64,000 nt of DNA from the NCBI GenBank assembly GCA_965287045.1, contig OZ336885.1, forward strand, positions 65,720,001 to 65,784,000. The letters run 5' to 3'. The notes beneath the pieces are model-generated. The model made no database searches. It had not been told where the DNA came from and saw only the letters and a list, made by a program, of their open reading frames with translations. Shown piece by piece: positions 13,895-26,724 of this stretch. Numbering within the stretch: the stretch's first letter is position 1; every line of letters starts with the position of its first letter. The position numbers and the translations under genes are program-made. The DNA comes from Carcharhinus amblyrhynchos. Its lineage: Eukaryota.

Positions 13895-14215
13895 GTAATT
13901 AATTAAGGATCCATGTACACCGGCATATTCTTCCATTTCGTTTCTGGCGAACAAAAACACAAAGATCCGAGGACAAGTACCAACCGACTCAAAAAAGAGC
14001 CTCATATGTGTTGTCATCAATCTTCTGAATGGACTTGAATCACATTAAGTTGATTATTTCTATTCCCCTTCTATGACTGCAACAACACATTCTGCAGTCT
14101 TTCACTTCCTTCTGTATGTCGGGTCTGAATTGTCTGTACACGAGCATGAAACAGTGCTTTGCAATGTACACCACTACAGATGACAATATCAAATCAAACC
14201 ACGTCAAATCAAATT
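13895..14215 (+). mobile_element. Rex1/Babar LINE 3' end, decayed
   Basis: KDP..P / RT.TNRLK-like remnant followed by an (aaatc)n tail at ~14190-14213. Confidence 0.65.
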
Positions 14216-14479
14216 AACTCTCTTTCATTACTGGTTGAGAAAATTACATTCTTCCAGATTCGACGCCACTGCAAGCTTAGACAAACGGGTAACAATTGTG
14301 ATAATAGTATTGAAGATGTTAATTGTAACGTCGTAATTACATGAGGCAGCGCATTTCTGAAGTCAGTAATTTCTGGAGCATAGCCAATCTTAGATCGGCA
14401 AGTAGGAAGTAATATTCGCTCCAGGCAAAGCAAGACCAGTTATGACATGCATGCAGAGAGTCACACTGGCGCGCATTAA

Positions 14480-14531
14480 TGTGTGTGTGCGTGCGCGTGT
14501 GTGTGTGTATGTGTGTGTGTGTGTTTGTGTG
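14480..14531. repeat. (GT)n microsatellite
   Basis: Directly visible. Confidence 0.9.
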
Positions 14532-14909
14532 CTGGAATACATGGTGGCGGGAGGAGGTTTAGGGTTATCAGTGAGGTCAGGTCGACAGCAATTCAGAATA
14601 TCTTTATTCTTTGGGGAACAGTTAATTCCTGCATCACCAAATCTTGTCATGCAGTGACAGGACAAAATCAGGGGACTGATGGAATATCCCGCAGGACTCT
14701 GAAAATAGATTGAACCTGCAATAGCAAAGAAGTTTATGGCAATAGAAAAAAAACATAATGCTACGAAATTGACGCATTATTGCATCTAATTAAGTCGAGA
14801 TGCTACTCACTGGTTGCTTTGTGAACATCCGCCATAAGCAATGCAGGAGAAAATCCTATTTCCCTCATGCGGCAGCTTTCAAATTAAAAAAAAACTATTA
14901 TTTTGAAAG

Positions 14910-15160
14910 CGAGAAATGTAGATGGAAACACCGCCACTTGGAAGGCTTATGCCACTCAACGTTCTTGTCTGGCAATGTGTCGACTATTCAACATCAGATG
15001 GCAAATTCCGCAGGTCCCCCTCAAGTAACACTGTTGGTGCATCTGCAAAATAGAAATGCAGTAGCTTTCGAAGAAAATTCCGAGGCACTTCCACAAACGC
15101 GACAAGGGATGGGCAATAAATGTTTTTGTCGACAGCAACGCCTACATCCCATCAATGTAG
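14910..15160 (+). mobile_element. 3' end of L2/CR1-group LINE (same family as 8438-9000)
   Basis: agggatgggcaataaatg...acgcctacatccc matches the reverse complement of 8445-8500. Confidence 0.65.
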
Positions 15161-16035
15161 AGAAACGTCTCTCAATGGGGAAAAGTCATTCATATAAACT
15201 GGTTGTTACACTTTAACGATTAAGTAATATTTTCTACCTTCAGACAATGACATCTCCATCACTAGGTTGTTGAACGATAGAGAAGAATTAAATAATCTGT
15301 GAATGACATCAATCTTGGAGATATTTTGAATCACAATATGATGTAGAAAATCGCCAAATAAGTGGCAAGTGATAATTATGAAAGGAAACGCATGCTATAC
15401 GTTGTGGCCAAAGGTAAAATGAGAAGTAATGTCTATATAAGTTATCCATTAGTCGTATCTTTTCAGCATAGATGACTTCAGCATAAGTTCATTTGCGGCT
15501 TGTGCTATTCCCCACAATAAATAATGACTTTCAATTCGTTGTTTTGATGATCATCTACATATTACATGTTGCATACGACGGACAGCAATTAAAAAAAACT
15601 ATTTGGATTAATATAATAATATTCTGACGGTTGGACCAAAATGCTAACTTGTGGCTCCAGGAAATGAAGGAAATATTTGTGAAAATTGATGCCCATGGTA
15701 ATGGAGTTAGAAGTTGAAAAATCAGCTAAATGAGACGATCTCACCGCACCTGTTTCGTACCGATGGAAGGAGCATGTTTTACCCACAACATCGCCTCAGT
15801 CACAACGACAGAAACTGAATCCTTCTGCATATTATGGCATAGTCCGATCCCATGTCTTAAAAATGTTATGTAAATATTGTTAGTATGGGACACATGATAG
15901 TTATAATCAGGCAATTGATACTTAATATTAGTGATACGCAATTAAACAAATAAAACTGAACAAGATATGTGTTGCGATCGAGAATAGGAAACACTTTTAA
16001 TTACTTAAATTTAATGTTGTTTTGATGTAACTCAG

Positions 16036-16071
16036 ATCTCAGCCGACTTGAAGGAGATTCAAAGAAAGCAA
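16036..16071 (+). CDS. Micro-exon, 36 nt, phase 1-1 (DLSRLEGDSKKA)
   Basis: Acceptor ttgttttgatgtaactcag, donor CAA|gtaggt; 22/36 nt identical to exon 31973-32008. Confidence 0.7.
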
Positions 16072-16347
16072 GTAGGTCATCTAAGATATCGAAGAAGTTA
16101 AAAAGTATGAAACATACCATGTTAACTGACGGCTTTCTTTGCTGAAATATTACAACACAATATATATTTGGATTATGATGTCCAGCTAATCTATTTATCT
16201 CAGTGTTGCAAAATGGTAGGTGGCCAGGCGTCACGAAAATTGTACATTAGTACAGTAGTTCATTATTTTTGTCTTTTTTTCCCCTTTTTTCGCTTTAGTA
16301 TACGATGACAGTTGGTGACTGTGCCATCTGATAGGATTCAACACAAT

Positions 16348-16452
16348 GGCCGGAATCGTAACACCCCGCGAGCCACAGGAACCGTTGTGGGTGAGGGCGA
16401 GGGCAGATGAAGGAAAGGCCCGTTAACCTCAGGTCGAATTTCTCCGTTTCAG
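16348..16452 (+). mobile_element. Short Harbinger-type MITE remnant
   Basis: GC-rich island starting ggccggaat, resembling Harbinger-type termini; recognised by eye only. Confidence 0.45.
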
Positions 16453-17604
16453 TGTACATTTGTCTGTGCGCGTGCGTGCGTGTGTGTGTGTTTGTTTGTG
16501 TACTAATTTAAAATCGATCACAATAGGAAACAATATCCACACCTGCGATTCCAGGTTTTGTCGTCATCGATATTCGTGTGCTTTTTGTTTCAATGAACCT
16601 CTTGTAAAGCTACGAATTAGTGTTACGCATAATTGGTGAATGGCATGAACGCGGGATTTAAATATCGCCAGCAGGGACGGTTCATTTGTTATCTTCTTGT
16701 AACAGTGAATCGGACAGAAATGTCAATTACACCAAGGGTGTTAATAACTGTGTAAGGTAACGTATATAGCTACGGGGGCGAGGCTCCATTTCGTCAACTT
16801 GATCATTTATTCATTATAATTTCAAGTTGGGAAGCAAAACAAAACATACCTTATAGTCCAAATACGATTGCGGAATGAGGAAATACAATATTGGTATATG
16901 GTTGCAATGATTTATATCCTGACTCATTTTCCACATGTAGACGCGACCGAATTTTGTATCGGGTAGGACGGACATGGACGGATCTTACCAGGAACTATAA
17001 TTGCGTGCTTAAAAAGTATGCCGAGGAATAATTACAATATCCTCCTTTGTATTACGGGGAAAGTTTTGACTGAAAGATTAGCAGGTACTGACTGTGAATT
17101 TTAAGTGTTTGGATATACATGAAGGAAGTGAAGATTTGGTAATTATATTCACGGCAGAATTAGGTAATCAGTAGCATGCATGAAACGCATTTCATTTTAC
17201 AGAATCTGCTTATGGGAGTTGCGTTTCAAAAAAAAAGAATAAAACGGCATACAATATAAGTACAACATTACTTCATTCTATGCTGCTGTTTCCAATATAT
17301 CCATCAACTAGCACCATAAAATTCTGAAGATCTGGACGGACAATACCTACGGTTATAATTGTGGTTAAATGGAAAAGACCAAGTGATGCACATACTATGT
17401 CTTAACGTTCAGTCAAAGTAATTAAAAATACCCAGTACTTTCGCGGCGACTGTTATTTATAATAAGCTTAGCCAGAAATCTTGCGTTCATATCAAGGGCA
17501 ATGATTATTTCTTTTTGAATGCGGGTTAAAATTATATACAATTATGTAATCAATCATAAATTCGCTTCAAATAAGATTGCTGATTGTTTTGTTTTTGTCC
17601 TCAG

Positions 17605-17634
17605 GGTTGCACAAGTACATATCCCCGAGGTCTG
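17605..17634 (+). CDS. Micro-exon, 30 nt, phase 1-1 (RLHKYISPRS)
   Basis: Strong acceptor ttttgtttttgtcctcag, consensus donor CTG|gtgagt. Confidence 0.75.
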
Positions 17635-18892
17635 GTGAGTGAATGGATTCAGCTGCCCTTGTGACTGATGGCGTATTGCCTCGATTTTTTTTTAATACAT
17701 GACAAAGAAATCATTACCCTTATAATATAATGAAGAGTGACAAGAAAATGCTCGTGTTTTTAATAAGGCACACATCTCCAATGACGGAGTAAAATCAACT
17801 AAAGTGTTGAAAATGCAGAATTATTCATAATCTTCCATTCTTCCGAACCGTCCATGCAGAACAGTAACAAAATGCGTCACACAGTTTATGGTAACATCCA
17901 CAGTAAGAAAACACAACACAAGCGCGCAGTATTAGAATATTCGAAGCCATATAACCAGCCATATGTCCCAACAAATCAAAGTTACCTAATTGGACTGCCG
18001 GCACTTGTTCCTTTTTATTCGCCATGTTTATTCATCTAATGCAGTCTTTTTCAATTCATTTCAACAGGGGCAATTGTCTTGGCTCTGCAACAATATGTTT
18101 CTTCTCCTTACCGCAGTGTTGCACTCTTTTTTTTTTAAATAAAAGGCTCTATTTTAATAAGGTTGTAATTGGCATCCGGGTGATATTCCCGCATCTACTC
18201 CCATGGGCAAAATACATAAAGGTATTCAATTCTATCTTGAGTTGCTTTACAGGGCCGCGCAATTAACAGAATAAGTCCAAGCTGGTTATTTGAATTAGGA
18301 AAAGCAACAAAAAAAGGTATACATCCCTGATTGATCCACATTGTAATTACATTTTTTCGAAGGTTTTTTTTTCTCCAAATCTAATATTTTTATTAGCCAG
18401 TATCTTTGTTCATCTCGAAAGGGGGCCTATTCAGAAAACGTTACTGTTATTCGAAGGTTCATCATTGTTTTTACACTGAAATAGCAATCCATTAATCGCA
18501 GGGATACAGGATCATTCAACAACGGTGCTTGATGGACTCCATTCCAATATATTTCCAATATATGAAATACTCTCATCCATATTTTCCCCAATTCAATGAT
18601 GGGTATCAAAATTAAGCGCAAAACGTGGTCAATAGAAACATCAACTCGAGGAAAATAAAGAAGATTGTTCTGTGCATCTCTTCAGTTTTGTAATTCGCAA
18701 TCATGATTGTAATCAGAGGAACATTTTTCGCTGCTCTCGTGAATTCTTAGTCGTTGCTGAAAGCTGATTGGATAGAAATTTAGGAACCTCAGAACACAAA
18801 TGGGCAAATCAACTTCTCAAACTCGCTCGGCTTTCATTACGATTATGGCTGATCTCCTGAATATTGTTAATTAAAAATTTGCTCTTGTGCAG

Positions 18893-18928
18893 GTGCATAT
18901 GGTTTATTACTTATAAAACTCCGTAGAT
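18893..18928 (+). CDS. Candidate micro-exon, 36 nt, phase 1-1 (GAYGLLLIKLRR)
   Basis: Acceptor tttgctcttgtgcag, weaker donor GAT|gtaaca (alternative 30-nt end at 18922). Confidence 0.35.
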
Positions 18929-20254
18929 GTAACAAAATATAGTGTTAGTGGAACTCCCTGGCCTTCATTTAAATTGGCAAAAAAAGACCTGCAACAGCGA
19001 CCAATAAGCGAGAGCGTATCCCGAGAACCAGAACAATGAATAATTCAAGAAATATTTTGCGAGGAACCAATCCTTTCGTTATGATCTTGGAGTCTGAGAA
19101 TTGAAAGAAAATTGAATCTAGTGATGACAAAACTATTCTTATGATGTTACCTAAACATTTTTTTTTGTACGGGTATATGAAGATACACGCTTGCTCGTGT
19201 TTTTTTTGTCTTTTGGTGACACTGTATAACGAAGAGGCAGACTGAAAAAGGCGAATTTGAATTAACACGAGTTAGGACAACACATGACAACGGGGATGTC
19301 CAATCAATTAGCTGGCAATACTGAAGAAATGCGGCAAAACATGGTTTTATCATTAAAAATGCTGTGTATCAACTATGCACTCACTGGATAAATTACAATC
19401 ATTGAATCAGGACAGCTGCGCGATTGTAAATTAATTGTCTGTACGCTCCCTTAGAAATGTTCACGCCAGTGACTTAAACAAAATCGCCACAACAATAAAA
19501 CGGTAACAGATGGAGGACATGATAAGATAACAACAACGGTGAAAAGATTGCCATCTAAACAGAGCAATTGCATATCTCAAATGCAATGAAACAGTGTACA
19601 AAGTACGAACAAAGGAGAAAAAACAAAGAGTCTGACTTAAAGTAATGCGAGTCACTGACTCGGAATCACTTTGGATTACTAATGCATAGCTCATGCTTCA
19701 GAAATGTTACGACAGGTTATGTGAATTACTCGGAGAAGAATAAATCCTTGATTCTTAAAAAAAAACAAATCGGAAAATAATTTATTTCTTTTTGATGTAA
19801 CGGAGTTCTTTGATGAACGATGGCTCACATTGTTCCTTGGTGATGTTCAGCCGCGTGCATTGGATTGCAATTGAGAAAAAGTTAGTTCTTTTTTAGAAAG
19901 CAAAAAAAACCTACCTGGAGAACTGATTTAATATGCAGAGTTTTTGACATGTCATGTGACATGACATAGGTATCTACATAATCTTGCCTGATCCCGTATT
20001 TCGTAAATATAGGTTTTTGAATGCAGTTGCAGTGTCGGTGATTTCCACTTCCTATTTCGTTATTCCTGCTGCAAATAAAGACTTGAATCATGTTCTGTTC
20101 AGCAAATTTTAGGGACGATGTCAGTGTACTTTAAATTACAGAAATGATATGCAATTCAGCTATTCAGGGGATTTGTGTTTTTAGATAAGGTGATGAAATT
20201 AGTATGTTGTTGTTCTCGCTGGCATAAATGACTAAATTACTGCTACTTTTTCAG

Positions 20255-20278
20255 CTAGAACAATTGTAGAATTTTGCG
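20255..20278 (+). CDS. Candidate micro-exon, 24 nt, phase 1-1 (xRTIVEFC)
   Basis: Acceptor ctactttttcag, donor GCG|gtacga, open frame. Confidence 0.45.
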
Positions 20279-21069
20279 GTACGATCCTCAGAACATAGGT
20301 GCCCACAATTGCTCATGACCAGTAGATCAGTGGTTGTTAATTTAATCATCTGAACTGATTAGATAAGATGTGAGGAAGACATTCCTGTTGTTTACAGAAT
20401 GGTACTGTTTCTAACTGTGCTGCCATTGAGGTTAGTCGCTGTGAGGAAAAAGTTAGACGGTAATGACATTTGGTGTGGAAATCGTGTATTGAACTTAAAT
20501 GACTGTATGGGTAGCAAACTGGCTTGCAAACAATCCCTCATCACAAGGGTTCACCATCGCCTCAAGTGGTCCAATGGTCATATTTTCTGACGCAAATATA
20601 CCACTGGTGAGTGACATTAACTGCCAAAGTCATATTGCTGCACAGAAACCTAACACTGGTGATTACAGGAAATAACTACCACAGACGGCTGTGCGTGACT
20701 CTATAAGTTGCACTTTGAATACAAGTTCTGGCAATCCTGAAGACTCCGAATCTACATGTTGCCGAAAACATTTCGCTGCTTATGCCACGTTTGCCCATAA
20801 TCCATTGATTGTTCATTTCCCGCATTTTGCATCATTACCTTAAACAATGTTAAACATAGGGAGAAACTAAAAAAAAAATCCACCGTGCAAGAATTCCAAT
20901 ACATTTTGCTGAATTCTAGTCGATGCAACGAAATGGACCGAACTAAATGAACACGATCATTTTGTAGCTGCGCTGAAAATAAGAGGGAGAGATAAGATAT
21001 TTTCTATCCATTTTGATGTTGATTGGAGTCCATAAGACATGGAAAATATCAAAATGGAATTGTTTCGTG

Positions 21070-21310
21070 GTCTCTGTTCGAACACAACCCAAATTAACCA
21101 CAAAATATCTCAACGAAATTCAACTCGATGCATTTCGCTTCACCAGCATACTGTTCAACATCAAACAAACACGCAAACAGCAGGATCACATTTGCATTGG
21201 TGAGAACATCTACAGGGTGCAATGTGTATGGTACCAAATCTCCAACCCCCAAAACCTTCCAAAATTGTGGCATGGACTTCACTAAATGCTCAACGGAACC
21301 AAGGCCGGGA
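21070..21310 (+). mobile_element. Decayed LINE RT C-terminal fragment (family of 8438-9000)
   Basis: catctacagggtgcaatg...ccttccaaa...ggaaccaagg matches the reverse complement of ~8660-8800. Confidence 0.5.
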
Positions 21311-21905
21311 AACAGCACCCCCCACCCCCCATCCACCCCCGCCATCTCCACCCAACTCCTCTCCCCGTCCCGCCCCCAACCCCTCCCATTCAAGACCGTA
21401 TCTTATCACTAACCACTGTGAATGGCGTTGTTGGTTATGAAATTAGATGCAAGTAAGATCATTGGATCAAGTAATGCCGACGGCTCCAAATGAATATATT
21501 AATATGCCGATGATATGCAGTTTATTCCATCCACGAAATGTATTTATAAGTCTGCCACGTGTGTGCCATCGGTGATGGGAGCTTGTAAGTGATATTTCCA
21601 TGTCTATAGCATCCTTCTGACACTAATATGCTACATGGTAGAATTTCATCTGAAATTAATTTAACTATCGCTATCCTTTATCTCTTTTTTTGTGGACAAA
21701 ATGAGAAATAACAGTCGAAATAAAATCAAATCTATGCGCGTGCAATGCAGGGTTTATAATTGTTACTTAACTTTTTTTTCTTTATTTGCTTCTTCCTTTC
21801 TACTTCGCATTCAAAAAGATGATCCAGCTGATCGAAGGTTTCACAAATGCACTTCAGGTTGAAAAACACTGTTATTGTTAACATTTTTTTTCCCCTCTCA
21901 ATCAG

Positions 21906-21932
21906 GAGCCCAGATACTTCGGGATGAATTAG
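21906..21932 (+). CDS. Micro-exon, 27 nt, phase 1-1 (GAQILRDEL)
   Basis: Long pyrimidine tract ttttttttcccctctcaatcag, donor TAG|gtagtt; the other two frames contain stops. Confidence 0.7.
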   Translation, partial: EPRYFGMN

Positions 21933-23888
21933 GTAGTTGCAACAACTTTAAGTACATTGTTTTTTTTTAACCATGCATTACATAGATGTAACACTTGATA
22001 TAAAATATAGCAAACTCATAATGTATAAATATCTTGGTTTTAATTTTTGGATTTTGCTTTGCCGGTTTTATGATTTTGTCACTCAGCAACTATTTTGCAA
22101 TGAACTATCGACACAACGAGCAATATAGTCATGTTTTCGAGTGTCATTAAGATTATGTGGGACGAATCTTATTTATGTTCGAATTACAAGCCGTAACGAT
22201 GTCGGCTGACATTCCCTTGCACTTCTACTCAAGTATTTCTACTCCTGTACTTGAGGGAAATTTGAGCTGCTGGAATCTCAACAATGCGAAAATAACCCAC
22301 GCAAGCTTCATGAAAATGGGTGCACTTATTTTCGGCAAAATCGCTTAATGAAGTGATGAAAGGATTCCTTAACAAAAATAATGATACAATTCAACGCTGA
22401 ATAATTCAGCTTGCTTTCATACTTAAGTTTGCATTAACGTTTGAATGGTATCATGCAACATATATTCTACACATATGATGAACTGAAATGTTTGTTGCCT
22501 AAAATTAGAGCAACAATCCCAACAGAATTCCATGTCAATCATTGCATGTGTATAGCTGAAAGCAGCACTTTGCTAAAGCCCATTCGACGCTTCTCATGCC
22601 TGACACATTTACAAAATCAATCAAACATACAGAGACCAGGGCCAATGGATAAATGTATTCAAACACAACGTTGTTGTCATAAATAATATTACGAATTGAA
22701 TGGTGCATTGAAATGTGGCTGCCCTTGTTCAATAATATCTTGCGATCACTGCAGGGAATTAGAATATTATGAAACATAATTGTGCACAAAATGACCGTAA
22801 ACTACATGCAATCAGAAAAATAACAACATCAAATACTGGAAATCGGCTTTTGGTGAAGCTAATCATTTCCATTCAATCAGCTTGTGCAGCAGTTTTTCAG
22901 CAAACATCTTTAACTGTTTAGCCAGTTGACTTGCATCGATCACAAAACACTTCGATATTGCTTGCACGATTTTTTTTAGAGGCAAATAACTCGTCCAAGG
23001 ATGAAACAATCTTTTCGCTCTAGAAAAATTATCTCAGATACTGAGCTCATCCACACACAAGCGTTTTCAGGCAGTGCCAGAGTGTGCCACTTTCCACCAA
23101 TATGACATTCCTATAGCCTCTATCGCTTTCGAAGTTATCAAATTGGAGTTTACCATTAAACAGAACTATAAGTTGAATGAAAATGTAAATGGAACTGTTC
23201 CAAAATCAAGTCAGATATTGGGAGTTTCGCAGAGAGTAGTGAAGGGATGGCACGCCAGCGAGTGGACCTTCAAGGTAAAATTCAATCATAGAGAGAAAAA
23301 AAAATCACCGATGCACGTGAATGCATGCAATAATCACTGTAGATATTCGAACAAAGAGTAAACTGGTACGATCACCAAATGCGCATGAGTTATTTGGTCT
23401 GGTACCTGGAACCTCGTAATTCAGCTACTTGATTCAGCATCATTGCATACAATATGATTTGCATACTTAAAATGCCGAATGCTACTTTGACAACATCGCC
23501 GTGCAGCACTAACGCGTGAGTTTGTTGTTGTTGTTCTCTATTCACATGGAATAACGGACTCCATGTTCTGTTAGTGTTGACAAAGTACTAAAAAAAACAA
23601 TTACAGAGTTTCACATGTAGTATATCACTTGCGTGACAACCTCCAAAAGTTAATGTAAAGCCCACTGCACGTTTTTAGACAATCGGAGATATGACATTAA
23701 AATCTCGCATCAGGAAAACCCTCTCCAATCGTCCCACAAAATAACCTGGGGAAGTATTATAATTTCTTCATGATAACGCAAACTTGGAATTCAGCCTCCA
23801 ATAACACTGTGCTCGTTCTGCACAGATTCCAGCAATTCAAACAGACATTGTCAATTATTCACATTTGACTGCGCTGATTAGACATTAC

Positions 23889-24609
23889 GGGCCCCATTTT
23901 ACCGTTTTGATTCTGAGTGCTGAATCTGGGCGCACTTCAGATCCGGCTAAAAAAAAATAATCTCAGGCACCCTATTCGCATTTAGCATGAAACAAAATCG
24001 CGCGCCTGATTGGGGCAGAGTTTATCGCGCCTGACCCGCTGGAGCTCCGATCGGAGCACTGAACTGGGCATGCGCACTGAAAACAAAATTTTTAAAAAAC
24101 ACGCCCCTGTCACATCGATCCGGAGCGGAAAGAAGTGGATGAAGAGACTCAGAAGAGAAAGGCGGGAGAAATGGCACTCACTGACATCGCCCCGCGCCGA
24201 GAAACTATGATCTCCTTACACACTTACCACAAACTGCCCTTCCATCCAGATTGATCACAACATCCAGACCACCTTCCCCCCACTGATCGACCACAGATTG
24301 GCTGCAGTACGCCCCGCCCCCTCCCCGCCCCCCGCCACCAGAGATTATATCTTCCCTCCATTTGCTCCCACAGCGCCCCCCCCCCCACCAGATCCAGAAA
24401 AGGATCGGGCCTCCCACATTCCTTCCCGACCTTAGAATGATCTCACCACCCTACCGCCTCCCCAGACCAGAACATGATCAGGCCTCCATCCTCTCCTTTC
24501 CCCCCCACCAGAGTATGACTAGGCTTCCCTCCTTCCTCCTCGTCTCTGCGCTGAACGCGAATAGTTTCGCGCCGGACTTCACCAACTTGTTGCACCCGAA
24601 ACGGGGCTC
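23889..24609 (+). mobile_element. Non-autonomous PIF/Harbinger element, copy 1
   Basis: Left TIR gggccccattttacc (23889-23903), degenerate right end aaacggggctc, then TTA. Confidence 0.7.
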
Positions 24610-24612
24610 TTA

Positions 24613-26166
24613 GAGACCGATTTTACCATTTTCATTCTAAGTGCTGAATCTGGGCGCAATTCACTTCCAAATTGGAAACCTGGGTTCAGTCGGCCATTAG
24701 CACTTAGCCTCAAAACAAAATCGCGAGTCCGAATCGCGCTGCGGTCAGGGCTTAGCGCGCTCGAAACAAGCGGAGCTCTGAACAGCGCAAGTGCAGTAAG
24801 GAGAAAAATGAAAATCACTCCGCTGTTACATCGCTCCAGGGTTACAAAAAGCGGATAAAGAGGTCAGGGAGCATCCCCCAACCACGAACATAACTGCCCC
24901 CCTTATCCACCCAGCCCTCTTCTTCTACCCAGACATATCGCGGCCTTCTGCCCCCTTTCCCCTCACCGATTGTCCACAGAGTGGCAGTGGACACCTTTGC
25001 CCCGATTCCTCCTCCCTTCCCACCGGAGATTCATTTGGCCTCCTTCCCACGAAATTTCACATACACACAGCTGAGTACTTTGACTCTTTCCCGAGTTAAG
25101 TGCACATACACTCTTATAGCTGGGGAAACACTTCTCTGTGTCGCCTGCACTTACAAATATATGTGAGTTATATATTCAGGCCTTTACTAAAGTTGTATAA
25201 TGAAACATATAGTTGTGTGTACAAATGACTGTTGCTTCATTAAAAAAAAAATCTTTAGAATTTTGTTTAGCAAAAACCAACTTGAAGTACATTCCAAGTG
25301 CTATTTTTTTCAAATTTAGAAGGTAATTTGGGAAATGGTTATACGATAATTTCTACTTCTTCTGAACTTGCTGTTGAGGTGGGGGACAACAATCATGGCA
25401 AGTGAATTATTACCTAACTAACATTTGTAAAAGGAAAGATCAGAGTTAGAACTATCATGGGATATAATGAGACTAATCGAGCCTGCCCCACCCAACACCA
25501 AAAAAGTTCAGTCCTCCCCCCACCCCACCCAAAATGATCGGCCTTTTCCAATCCGCCTGCTCCCCAACCAGACAACGATCTGTCCTCCCTCTCCCCACCC
25601 CTTCCTCCCCGCCCCCCTCCGCCCAACACAACGATCGAGTGTCCCTACTCCCTCCGCCATTCACCTGGGATACATCTGACCCGCTTCCAACAAACCCCGA
25701 CCCCCACCAGAAAATGATTTGCGTCCCTACACCCGCCCCGCCCCACGTACAGAATGATCTGACCCGCCTCCTTCCTTCCTCCTCCGCTCTTCCCTCCAAC
25801 ACAGATCTCAGTCACATAAACATTCGAAGTGCTGACCGCACTTCTCACGAAATTGGAGTGCCGAAACAGTCCTTTGCCGAACGTGTCTGTTTTGCGCCGA
25901 ATCTGGACACGTGAACGCGATGGTAAATGTGGAAATGCTGATGATGTTGCGTGGGGAAATCAGTAATTCAATTTAAATGCATGCAAATGCATTTAAATCG
26001 CCGTTGCGTCCGTTTTGGATGCGAATCAGATCCCGGCGATTTTCGGGCCTCGATAAAGTATGTATCTGCGCTGACACAGGTTTGGATCACATTAATGGCC
26101 TCACGCCCAAATATACTACGTTTTCACGCCAGAAAACGGGCGGGACGCAATGGTAAAATAGGGCCG
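24613..26166 (+). mobile_element. Non-autonomous PIF/Harbinger element, copy 2
   Basis: Left TIR gagaccgattttacc, first ~130 bp similar to copy 1; right TIR ggtaaaatagggccg (26152-26166); 3-bp flanks TTA/TAG. Confidence 0.8.
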
Positions 26167-26694
26167 TAGGTCTCTTCTCTGATCAGTTTTTTCTACAGGT
26201 TCGGGCATGTGCAGGAACGGAATGAATAGGTCCTTATTGAAACGAACATGTCTGATTTGGATGCCGCCCAATATTGCAATTCGATATGCAATTTGGAGTT
26301 AACGAAAGCTCAAAGAAAACTTTCAGAAACCACTGTGTTATCAGCGTAATGGATGACAAGAATCTGAGACGCATGAACAGTCTTCCTTTGGGTAGCAGCG
26401 TTCGCAACTACAAGAGAGATGGAGGAGTGAATTAAATTCATCGTGAAGAAAAGCTGACATTTTAGAAATTTACAGTTTAATGCCCTGGATATGTGGAAGG
26501 ATACAGCAGTACAGCTGAACGGATCTCCTCGACTGGAGAAACAGCAGACTCTATTTTACAACTCCTCTCACTGGAAAAAAAACAGCAACGACATAATTGA
26601 TTACCTTCCCGTTCATCAGCATATATATGTAATGGGGTTTTATGAATGACACATTGATGTTTGTTTCATCTGACATTTTGTTTGAAACTTAAAG

Positions 26695-26724
26695 ATGAAT
26701 GCAACGCACTTGTTCAAAACATCA
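26695..26724 (+). CDS. Micro-exon, 30 nt, phase 1-1 (DECNALVQNI)
   Basis: Branch-like ctgac, acceptor ttttgtttgaaacttaaag, donor TCA|gtgagt, open frame. Confidence 0.6.

Noticed and set aside
15244-15413. Acceptor plus DNDISITRLLNDREELNN-like frame
   Set aside because: Stops in all frames before a credible donor.
20398-20606. 33-nt AG-GT pair (20398-20430) and gtgagt donor at 20607
   Set aside because: The first has a stop in phase 1; the second gives a 40-nt non-symmetric exon.
23024-23274. Possible 251-nt or 42-nt (23233-23274) exon ending AAG|gtaaaa
   Set aside because: The long form breaks phase and has no recognisable domain; the short form lacks a pyrimidine tract.
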